The translations under genes were made by a program, and so were the position numbers. From positions 1-21,580 of the forward strand of contig NEEC01000497.1 in the NCBI GenBank assembly GCA_002189035.1: a DNA stretch of 21,580 nucleotides, written 5' to 3'. Under the pieces are notes generated by a model. That model did not search any database, had not been told where the DNA came from, and was given only the letters and a program-made list of their open reading frames with translations. Below, in pieces: positions 1 through 10,737 of this stretch (the stretch's first letter is position 1; each line of letters opens with the position of its first letter). The stretch comes from Utricularia gibba (lineage: Eukaryota > Plantae > Magnoliophyta).

Positions 1-1250
1 AAAGTCAGCTGTAGCCCGACAAAAGAAGTGATGCATTTATTAACGTTGGGTTGTCGGCGGCTGCCCACATGGTTTTTCAAGCAACAGCTTGCCGTTTTAA
101 GGCGGGTGCTGTCGTTGGCAGCTTTGTAAGGGCCCAAGGTTTGGTCTGGCTCCTGAGCCCAATCGGGTCCTACTCGATGAAAATCGTGATGCATTTAATG
201 AAGTTAGGATGTCATGAGCGCCCCAAATGGTTTTCTCAACAACCTGATTTTTATTCGACGAGGTGCTTTAAGGGCTCTAGTATCGAGCAAATGGTCGAGT
301 CGCGCTCTGGCCCATAGTCATTTGTAGCCCGGCCAAAAAAGTGATGCATTTATTAACGTTGGGTTTTCGGCGGCTGCCTACATGCTTTTTCAAGGAAAAG
401 TTGTCGTTTTTTGGCGGGTGCTGTTGTTGGGAACTTCGTCCGGACCAAGGTTCGGTCTGACTTCACAGCACAATAAGGTCCCATTCGACGAAAATCGTGA
501 TACCTTTATTGAAGTTAGGATCTCATGACCACCCAAATGCTTTTTTCAACAGCATGCTATACACTTGAGAAGGCGCTTTTGTGGGTCACCGAGATCGGGC
601 CGAATTCGGGTCGGGCTCGGCCCAAAGTCAGCTGTAGCCCGACAAAAGAAGTGATGCATTTATTAACGTTGGGTTGTCGGCGGCTGCCCACATGGTTTTT
701 CAAGCAACAGCTTGCCGTTTTAAGGCGGGTGCTGTCGTTGGCAGCTTTGTAAGGGCCCAAGGTTTGGTCTGGCTCCTGAGCCCAATCGGGTCCTACTCGA
801 TGAAAATCGTGATGCATTTAATGAAGTTAGGATGTCATGAGCGCCCCAAATGGTTTTCTCAACAACCTGATTTATATTTGACGAGGTGCTCTAGGCTGGC
901 ACTAGTATCGAGCAAATGGTCGAGTCGCGCTCTGGCCCATAGTCATTTGTAGCCCGGCCAAAAAAGTGATGCATTTATTAACGTTGGGTTTTCGGCGGCT
1001 GCCTACATGCTTTTTCAAGGAAAAGTTGTCGTTTTTTGGCGGGTGCTGTTGTTGGGAACTTCGTCCGGACCCAAGGTTCGGTCTGACTTCACAGCACAAT
1101 AAGGTCCCATTCGACGAAAATCGTGATACCTTTATTGAAGTTAGGATCTCATGACCACCCAAATGCTTTTTTCAACAGCATGCTTTAAACTTGAGAAGGC
1201 GCTTTTGTGGGTCACCCAGATCGGGCCGGAATTCGGGTCGGCTCGGGGAC
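1..1250. repeat. Tetramer HOR tract (2 x A1-B1-A2-B2)
   Basis: X at 1 and 624; Y at 314 and 939. Confidence 0.95.
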
Positions 1251-2166
1251 AAAGTCAGCTGTAGCCCGTCAAAAGAAGTGATGCATTTATTAACGTTGGG
1301 TTGTCGGCGGCTGCCACATGGTTTTTCAAGCAACAGCTTGCCGTTTTAAGGCGGGTGCTGTCGTTGGCAGCTTTGTAAGGGCCCAAGGTTCGGTCAGGCT
1401 CCTGAGCCCAATCGGGTCCTACTCGATGAAAATCGTGATGCATTTGCTTTTGTTAGGATGTCATGAGAACCCCAATGGGTTTTCTCCACACTCTACTTTA
1501 TATTTGAGAAGGCGCTCTCGGGGGTCTCGGGTCGGGCTCATGCCCATAGTCAGTTGTAGCCCGGAAAATAAGTGATGCATTTATCAACGTTGGGTTTTCG
1601 GTGCCTAAATGGTTTTTCAAGCAACAGCTTGCCGTTTTAAGGCGGGTGCTGTCGTTGGCAGCTTTGTAAGGGCCCAAGGTTTGGTCTGGCTCCTGAGCCC
1701 AATCGGGTCCTACTCGATGAAAATCGTGATGCATTTAATGAAGTTAGGATGTCATGAGCGCCCCAAATGGTTTTCTCAACAACCTGATTTTATTTGACGA
1801 GGTGCTTTAGCTGGCTCTAGTATCGAGCAAATGGTCGAGTCGCGCTCTGGCCCATAGTCATTGTAGCCCGGCCAAAAAAGTGATGCATTTATTAACGTTG
1901 GGTTTTCGGCGGCTGCCTACATGCTTTTTCAAGGAAAAGTTTGTCGTTTTTTTGGCGGGTGCTGTTGTTGGGAACTTCGTCCGGACCCAAGGTTCGGTCT
2001 GACTTCACAGCACAATAAGGTCCCATTCGACGAAAATCGTGATACCTTTATTGAAGTTAGGATCTCATGACCACCCCAAATGCTTTTTTCAACAGCATGC
2101 TATACACTGAGAAGGCGCTTTTGTGGGTCACCGAGATCGGGCCGGAATTCGGGTCGGCTCGGGCCC
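1251..2166. repeat. Hexamer HOR variant H1 (A1'-Bv-A3-B1-A2-B2), ~916 bp
   Basis: Diverged monomer Bv (GCATTTGCTTTTGTTAGG...CTCCACACTCTACTTTATATTTGAGAAGGCGCTCTCGG) starts at 1435. A3 anchor ATAGTCAGTTGTAGCCCGGAAAATAAG is at 1546 and Y at 1854. Confidence 0.93.
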
Positions 2167-3101
2167 AAAGTCAACTGTAGCCCGACAAAAGAAGTGATGC
2201 ATTTATTAACGTTGGGTTGTCGGCGGCTGCCCACATGGTTTTTCAAGCAACAGCTTGCCGTTTTAAGGCGGGTGCTGTCGTTGGCAGCTTTGTAAGGGCC
2301 CATGGTTCGGTCTGGTTCCTAAGCCCAATCGGGTCCTACTCGATGAAAATCGTGATGCATTTGCTTTTGTTAGGATGTCATGAGAACCCCAATGGGTTTT
2401 CTCCACACTCTACTTTATATTTGAGAAGGCGCTCTCGGGGGGTTGGGATTGGGCAAGAGGTCGGGTCGGGCTCATGCCCATAGTCAGTTGTAGCCCGGAA
2501 AATAAGTGATGCATTTATCAACGTTGGGTTTTCGGCGGCTGCCTAAATGGTTTTTCAAGCAACAGCTTGCCGTTTTAAGGCGGGTGCTGTCGTTGGCAGC
2601 TTTGTAAGGGCCCAAGGTTTGGTCTGGCTCCTGAGCCCATCGGGTCCTACTCGATGAAAATCGTGATGCATTTAATGAAGTTAGGATGTCATGAGCGCCC
2701 CAAATGGTTTTCTCAACAACCTGATTTATTTTGACGAGGTGCTCTAGGCTGGCACTAGTATCGAAATGGTCGAGTCGCGCTCTGGCCCATAGTCATTTGT
2801 AGCCCGGCCAAAAAAGTGATGCATTTATTAACGTTGGGTTTTTCGGCGGCTGCCTACATGCTTTTTCAAGGAAAAGTTGTCGTTTTTTGGCGGGTGCTGT
2901 TGTTGGGAACTTCGTCCGGACCCAAGGTTCGTCTGACTTCACAGCACAATAAGGTCCCATTCGACGAAAATCGTGATACCTTTATTGAAGTTAGGATCTC
3001 ATGACCACCCAAATGCTTTTTTCAACAGCATGCTATACACTTGAGAAGGCGCTTTTGTGGGTCACCGAGATCGGGCCGGAATTCGGGTCGAGCTCGGGCC
3101 C
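2167..3101. repeat. Hexamer HOR variant H2, ~935 bp (longest, probably most intact copy)
   Basis: Bv from 2352, A3 anchor at 2480, Y at 2789. It carries an extra G-rich segment near 2441-2460. Confidence 0.93.
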
Positions 3102-4972
3102 AAAGTCAGCTGTAGCCCGACAAAAGAAGTGATGCATTTATTAACGTTGGGTTGTCGGCGGCTGCCCACATGGTTTTTCAAGCAACAGCTTGCCGTTTTA
3201 AGGCGGGTGCTGTCGTTGGCAGCTTTGTAAGGGCCCAAGGTTTGGTCTGGCTCCTGAGCCCAATCGGGTCCTACTCGATGAAAATCGTGATGCATTTAAT
3301 GAAGTTAGGATGTCATGAGCGCCCCAAATGGTTTTCTCAACAACCTGATTTTATTCGACGAGGTGCTTTAAGCTGGCTCTAGTATCGAGCAAATGGTCGA
3401 GTCGCGCTCTGGCCCATAGTCATTTGTAGCCCGGCCAAAAAAGTGATGCATTTATTAACGTTGGGTTTTCGGCGGCCTACATGCTTTTTCAAGGAAAAGT
3501 TGTCGTTTTTTGGCGGGTGCTGTTGTTGGGAACTTCGTCCGGACCCAAGGTTCGGTCTGACTTCACAGCACAATAAGGTCCCATTCGACGAAAATCGTGA
3601 TACCTTTATTGAAGTTAGGATCTCATGACCACCCCAAATGCTTTTTTCAACAGCATGCTATACACTTGAGAAGGCGCTTTTGTGGGTCACCGAGATCGGG
3701 CCGGAATTCGGGTCGAGCTCGGGCCCAAAGTCAGCTGTAGCCCGACAAAAGAAGTGATGCATTTATTAACGTTGGGTTGTCGGCGGCTGCCCACATGGTT
3801 TTTCAAGCAACAGCTTGCCGTTTTAAGGCGGGTGCTGTCGTTGGCAGCTTTGTAAGGGCCCAAGTTTTGGTCTGGCTCCTGAGCCCAATCGGGTCCTACT
3901 CGATGAAAATCGTGATGCATTTAATGAAGTTAGGATGTCATGAGCGCCCCAAATGGTTTTCTCAACAACCTGATTATATTTGACGAGGTGCTCTAGGCTG
4001 GCACTAGTATCGAGCAAATGGTCGAGTCGCGCTCTGGCCCATAGTCATTTGTAGCCCGGCCAAAAAAGTGATGCATTTATTAACGTTGGGTTTTCGGCGG
4101 CTGCCTACATGCTTTTTCAAGGAAAAGTTGTCGTTTTTTGGCGGGTGCTGTTGTTGGGAACTTCGTCCGGACCCAAGGTTCGGTCTGACTTCACAGCACA
4201 ATAAGGTCCCATTCGACGAAAATCGTGATACCTTTATTGAAGTTAGGATCTCATGACCACCCCAAATGCTTTTTTCAACAGCATGCTACACTTGAGAAGG
4301 CGCTTTTGTGGGTCACCGAGATCGGGCCGGAATTCGGGTCGAGCTCGGCCCAAAGTCAGCTGTAGCCCGACAAAAGAAGTGATGCATTTATTAACGTTGG
4401 GTTGTCGGCGGCTGCCCACATGGTTTTTCAAGCAACAGCTTGCCGTTTTAAGGCGGGTGCTGTCGTTGGCAGCTTTGTAAGGGCCCAAGGTTTGGTCTGG
4501 CTCCTGAGCCCAATCGGGTCCTACTCGATGAAAATCGTGATGCATTTAATGAAGTTAGGATGTCATGAGCGCCCCAAATGGTTTTCTCAACAACCTGATT
4601 TTATTCGACGAGGTGCTTTAAGCTGGCACTAGTATCGAGCAAATGGTCGAGTCGCGCTCTGGCCCATAGTCATTTGTAGCCCGGCCAAAAAAGTGATGCA
4701 TTTATTAACGTTGGGTTTTCGGCGGCTGCCTACATGCTTTTTCAAGGAAAAGTTGTCGTTTTTTGGCGGGTGCTGTTGTTGGGAACTTCGTCCGGACCCA
4801 AGGTTCGGTCTGACTTCACAGCACAATAAGGTCCCATTCGACGAAAATCGTGATACCTTTATTGAAGTTAGGATCTCATGACCACCCCAAATGCTTTTTT
4901 CAACAGCATGCTATACACTTGAGAAGGCGCTTTTGTGGGTCACCGAGATCGGGCTTCGGGTCGGCTTGGGCC
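3102..4972. repeat. Tetramer HOR tract (3 units)
   Basis: X at 3102, 3727 and 4352; Y at 3416, 4041 and 4666. Confidence 0.95.
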
Positions 4973-5873
4973 AAAGTCAGCTGTAGCCCGACAAAAGAAG
5001 TGATGCATTTATTAACGTTGGGTTGTCGGCGGCTGCCCACATGGTTTTTCAAGCAACAGCTTGCCGTTTTAAGGCGGGTGCTGTCGTTGGCAGCTTTGTA
5101 AGGGCCAAGGTTCGGTCCTCCTGAGCCCAATCGGGTCCTACTCGATGAAAATCGTGATGCATTGCTTTTGTTAGGATGTCATGAGAGGGTTTTCTCCACA
5201 CTCTACTTTATATTTGAGAAGGCGCTCTCGGGGGGTCGGGGTCGGGCTCATGCCCATAGTCAGTTGTAGCCCGGAAAATAAGTGATGCATTTATCAACGT
5301 TGGGTTTCGGCGGCTGCCTAAATGGTTTTTCAAGCAACAGCTTGCCGTTTTAAGGCGGGTGCTGTCGTTGGCAGCTTTGTAAGGGCCCAAGGTTTGGTCT
5401 GGCTCCTGAGCCCAATCGGGTCCTACTCGATGAAAATCGTGATGCATTTAATGAAGTTAGGATGTCATGAGCGCCCCAAATGGTTTTCTCAACAACCTGA
5501 TTTTATTTGACGAGGTGCTCTAGGCTGGCAGTATCGAGCAAATGGTCGAGTCGCGCTCTGGCCCATAGTCATTTGTAGCCCGGCCAAAAAAGTGATGCAT
5601 TTATTAACGTTGGGTTTTCGGCGGCTGCCTACATGCTTTTTAGGAAAAGTTGTCGTTTTTTGGCGGGTGCTGTTGTTGGGAACTTCGTCCGGACCCAAGG
5701 TTCGGTCTGACTTCACAGCACAATAAGGTCCCATTCGACGAAAATCGTGATACCTTTATTGAAGTTAGGATCTCATGACCCCCAAATGCTTTTTCAACAG
5801 CATGCTATACACTTGAGAAGGCGCTTTTGTGGGTCACCGAGATCGGGCCGGAATTCGGGTCGAGCTCGGGCCC
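4973..5873. repeat. Hexamer HOR variant H3, ~901 bp
   Basis: Bv from 5154 (lacking ACCCCAAT relative to H1), A3 anchor at 5256, Y at 5565. Confidence 0.92.
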
Positions 5874-6727
5874 AAAGTCAGCTGTAGCCCGACAAAAGAA
5901 GTGATGCATTTATTAACGTTGGGTTGTCGGCGGCTGCCCACATGGTTTTTCAAGCAACAGCTTGCCGTTTTAAGGCGGGTGCTGTCGTTGGCAGCTTTGT
6001 AAGGGCCCAAGGTTCGGTCTGGCTCCTGAGCCCAATCGGGTCCTACTCGATGAAAATCGTGATGCATTTAGGATGTCATGATGGTTTGAGAAACGGGTCG
6101 GGCTCAATAGTCAGTTGTAGCCCGGAAAAAATGATGCATTTATCAACGTTGGGTTTTCGGCGGCTGCCTAAATGGTTTTTCAAGCAACAGCTTGCCGTTT
6201 TAAGGCGGGTGCTGTCGTTGGCAGCTTTGTAAGGGCCAAGGTTTGGTCTGGCTCCTGAGCCCAATCGGTCCTACTCGATGAAAATCGTGATGCATTTAAT
6301 GAAGTTAGGATGTCATGAGCGCCCCAAATGGTTTTCTCAACAACCTGATTTATATTTGACGAGGTGCTCTAGGCTGGCACTAGTATCGAGCAAATGGTCG
6401 AGTCGCGCTCTGGCCCATAGTCATTTGTAGCCCGGCCAAAAAAGTGATGCATTTATTAACGTTGGGTTTTCGGCGGCTGCCTACATGCTTTTTCAAGGAA
6501 AAGTTGTCGTTTTTTGGCGGGTGCTGTTGTTGGGAACTTCGTCCGGACCCAAGGTTCGGTCTGACTTCACAGCACAATAAGGTCCCATTCGACGAAAATC
6601 GTGATACCTTTATTGAAGTTAGGATCTCATGACCACCCAAATGCTTTTTTCAACAGCATGCTTAAACTTGAGAAGGCGCTTTTGTGGTCACCGAGATCGG
6701 GCCGGAATTCGGGTCGAGCTCGGGCCC
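5874..6727. repeat. Hexamer HOR variant H4 with heavily shortened Bv, ~854 bp
   Basis: Bv remnant at 6059-6106 (GTGATGCATTTAGGATGTCATGATGGTTTGAGAAACGGGTCGGGCTCA). A3 anchor at 6107 with diagnostic TTATCAACG and GCCTAAATGG. Y at 6417. Confidence 0.88.
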
Positions 6728-9700
6728 AAAGTCAGCTGTAGCCCGACAAAAGAAGTGATGCATTTATTAACGTTGGGTTGTCGGCGGCTGCCCACATGGT
6801 TTTTCAAGCAACAGCTTGCCGTTTTAAGGCGGGTGCTGTCGTTGGCAGCTTTGTAAGGGCCCAAGGTTTGGTCTGGCTCCTGAGCCCAATCGGGTCCTAC
6901 TCGATGAAAATCGTGATGCATTTAATGAAGTTAGGATGTCATGAGCGCCCCAAATGGTTTTCTCAACAACCTGATTTTATTTGACGAGGTGCTTTAGCTG
7001 GCTCTAGTATCGAGCAAATGGTCGAGTCGCGCTCTGGCCCATAGTCATTTGTAGCCCGGCCAAAAAAGTGATGCATTTATTAACGTTGGGTTTTCGGCGG
7101 CTGCCTACATGCTTTTTCAAGGAAAAGTTGTCGTTTTTTTGGCGGTGCTGTTGTTGGGAACTTCGTCCGGACCCAAGGTTCGGTCTGACTTCACAGCACA
7201 ATAAGGTCCCATTCGACGAAAATCGTGATACCTTTATTGAAGTTAGGATCTCATGACCACCCAAATGCTTTTTTCAACAGCATGCTATACACTTGAGAAG
7301 GCGCTTTTGTGGGTCACCGAGATCGGGCCGGAATTCGGGTCGGCTCGGGCCCAAAGTCAGCTGTAGCCCGACAAAAGAAGTGATGCATTTATTAACGTTG
7401 GGTTGTCGGCGGCTGCCCACATGGTTTTTCAAGCAACAGCTTGCCGTTTTAAGGCGGGTGCTGTCGTTGGCAGCTTTGTAAGGGCCCAAGGTTTGGTCTG
7501 GCTCCTGAGCCCAATCGGGTCCTACTCGATGAAAATCGTGATGCATTTAATGAAGTTAGGATGTCATGAGCGCCCCAAATGGTTTTCTCAAAACCTGATT
7601 TATATTTGACGAGGTGCTCTAGGCTGGCACTAGTATCGAGCAAATGGTCGAGTCGCGCTCTGGCCCATAGTCATTTGTAGCCCGGCCAAAAAAGTGATGC
7701 ATTTATTAACGTTGGGTTTTCGGCGGCTGCCTACATGCTTTTTCAAGGAAAAGTTGTCGTTTTTTGGCGGGTGCTGTTGTTGGGAACTTCGTCCGGACCC
7801 AAGGTTCGGTCTGACTTCACAGCACAATAAGGTCCCATTCGACGAAAATCGTGATACCTTTATTGAAGTTAGGATCTCATGACCACCCCAAATGCTTTTT
7901 TCAACAGCATGCTATACACTTGAGAAGGCGCTTTTGTGGGTCACCGAGATCGGGCCGGAATTCGGGTCGAGCTCGGGCCCAAAGTCAGCTGTAGCCCGAC
8001 AAAAGAAGTGATGCATTTATTAACGTTGGGTTGTCGGCGGCTGCCCACATGGTTTTTCAAGCAACAGCTTGCCGTTTTAAGGCGGGTGCTGTCGTTGGCA
8101 GCTTTGTAAGGGCCCAAGGTTTGGTCTGGCTCCTGAGCCCAATCGGGTCCTACTCGATGAAAATCGTGATGCATTTAATGAAGTTAGGATGTCATGAGCG
8201 CCCCAAATGGTTTTCTCAACAACCTGATTTTATTCGACGAGGTGCTTTAGCTGGCTCTAGTATCGAGCAAATGGTCGAGTCGCGCTCTGGCCCATAGTCA
8301 TTTAGCCCGGCCAAAAAAGTGATGCATTTATTAACGTTGGGTTTTCGGCGGCTGCCTACATGCTTTTTCAAGGAAAAGTTGTCGTTTTTTGGCGGGTGCT
8401 GTTGTTGGGAACTTCGTCGGACCCAAGGTTCGGTCTGACTTCACAGCACAATAAGGTCCCATTCGACGAAAATCGTGATACCTTTATTGAAGTTAGGATC
8501 TCATGACCACCCAAATGCTTTTTTCAACAGCATGCTATACACTTGAGAAGGCGCTTTTGTGGGTCACCGAGATCGGGCTCGGGTCGGGCTCCCCAAGTCA
8601 GTTGTAGCCCGACAAAAGAAGTGATGCATTTATTAACGTTGGGTTGTCGGCGGCTGCCCACATGGTTTTTCAAGCAACAGCTTGCCGTTTTAAGGCGGGT
8701 GCTGTCGTTGGCAGCTTTGTAAGGGCCCAAGGTTTGGTCTGGCTCCTGAGCCCAATCGGGTCCTACTCGATGAAAATCGTGATGCATTTAATGAAGTTAG
8801 GATGTCATGAGCGCCCCAAATGGTTTTCTCAACAACCTGATTTATATTTGACGAGGTGCTCTAGGCTGGCACTAGTATCGAGCAAATGGTCGAGTCGCGC
8901 TCTGGCCCATAGTCATTTGTAGCCCGGCCAAAAAAGTGATGCATTTATTAACGTTGGGTTTTCGGCGGCTGCCTACATGCTTTTTCAAGGAAAAGTTGTC
9001 GTTTTTTGGCGGGTGCTGTTGTTGGGAACTTCGTCCGGACCCAAGGTTCGGTCTGACTTCACAGCACAATAAGGTCCCATTCGACGAAAATCGTGATACC
9101 TTTATTGAAGTTAGGATCTCATGACCCCCCAAATGCTTTTTTCAACAGCATGCTTTAAACTTGAGAAGGCGCTTTTGTGGGTCACGAGATCGGGCCGGAA
9201 TTCGGGTCGAGCTCGGGCCCAAAGTCAGCTGTAGCCCGACAAAAGAAGTGATGCATTTATTAACGTTGGTTGTCGGCGGCTGCCCACATGGTTTTTCAAG
9301 CAACAGCTTGCCGTTTTAAGGCGGGTGCTGTCGTTGGCAGCTTTGTAAGGGCCCAAGGTTTGGTCTGGCTCCTGAGCCCAATCGGGTCCTACTCGATGAA
9401 AATCGTGATGCATTTAATGAAGTTAGGATGTCATGAGCGCCCCAAATGGTTTTCTCAACAACCTGATTTATATTTGACGAGGTGCTCTAGGCTGGCACTA
9501 GTATCGAGCAAATGGTCGAGTCGCGCTCTGGCCCATAGTCATTTGTAGCCCGGCCAAAAAAGTGATGCATTTATTAACGTTGGGTTTTCGGCGGCTGCCT
9601 ACATGCTTTTTCAAGGAAAAGTTGTCGTTTTTTGGCGGGTGCTGTTGTTGGGAACTTCGTCCGGACCCAAGGTTCGGTCTGACTTCACAGCACAATAAGG

Positions 9701-9845
9701 TCCCATTCGACGAAAATCGTGATACCTTTATTGAAGTTAGGATCTCATGACCCCCAAATGCTTTTTTCAACAGCATGCTTTAAACTTGAGAAGGCGCTTT
9801 TGTGGGTCACCGAGATCGGGCCGGAATTCGGGTCGGGCTCGGGGC
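6728..9845. repeat. Tetramer HOR tract (5 units)
   Basis: X at 6728, 7353, 7981, ~8595 and 9221. Confidence 0.95.
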
Positions 9846-10737
9846 AAAGTCAGCTGTAGCCCGACAAAAGAAGTGATGCATTTATTAACGTTGGGTTGTC
9901 GGCGGCTGCCCACATGGTTTTTCAAGCAACAGCTTGCCGTTTTAAGGCGGGTGCTGTCGTTGGCAGCTTTGTAAGGGCCCAAGGTTCGGTCTGGCTCCTG
10001 AGCCCAATCGGGTCCTACGATGAAAATCGTGATGCATTTGCTTTTGTTAGGATGTCATGAGAACCCCAATGGGTTTTGAGAAGGCGCTCTCGGCTTCGGG
10101 TCGGGCTCATGCCCATAGTCATTGTAGCCCGGAAAATAAGTGATGCATTTATCAACGTTGGGTTTCGGCGGCTGCCTAAATGGTTTTCAAGCAACAGCTT
10201 GCCGTTTTAAGGCGGGTGCTGTCGTTGGCAGCTTTGTAAGGGCCCAAGGTTTGGTCTGGCTCCTGAGCCCAATCGGGTCCTACTCGATGAAAATCGTGAT
10301 GCATTTAATGAAGTTAGGATGTCATGAGCGCCCCAAATGGTTTTCTCAACAACCTGATTTATATTTGACGAGGTGCTCTAGGCTGGCACTAGTATCGAGC
10401 AAATGGTCGAGTCGCGCTCTGGCCCATAGTCATTTGTAGCCCGGCCAAAAAAGTGATGCATTTATTAACGTTGGGTTTTCGGCGGCTGCCTACATGCTTT
10501 TTCAAGGAAAAGTTGTCGTTTTTGGCGGGTGCTGTTGTTGGGAACTTCGTCCGGACCCAAGGTTCGGTCTGACTTCACAGCACAATAAGGTCCCATTCGA
10601 CGAAAATCGTGATACCTTTATTGAAGTTAGGATCTCATGACCACCCCAAATGCTTTTTTCAACAGCATGCTATACACTTGAGAAGGCGCTTTTGTGGGTC
10701 ACCGAGATCGGGCCGGAATTCGGGTCGAGCTCGGGCC
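9846..10737. repeat. Hexamer HOR variant H5, ~892 bp
   Basis: Bv from 10029, lacking the CTCCACACTCTACTTTATA segment. A3 anchor at 10115, Y at 10426. Confidence 0.92.

Noticed and set aside
28-185. Possible ~78-bp half-monomer subrepeat (TGATGCATTT versus TGCTGTCGTT)
   Set aside because: The similarity is too weak to distinguish from chance by eye and would need autocorrelation analysis.
200-210. Telomere-like GTTAGGA in B monomers and TGTAAGGG in A1
   Set aside because: These are single degenerate motifs expected by chance. There is no TTTAGGG or TTAGGG tandem tract.
1-623. Tandem RNA-gene array (5S rDNA, tRNA, snRNA or C/D snoRNA cluster)
   Set aside because: I recognise no 5S coding sequence, tRNA cloverleaf or Pol III A/B boxes. 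GTGATGC is not a canonical box C (RUGAUGA), and the unit decomposes fully into ~156-bp satellite monomers.
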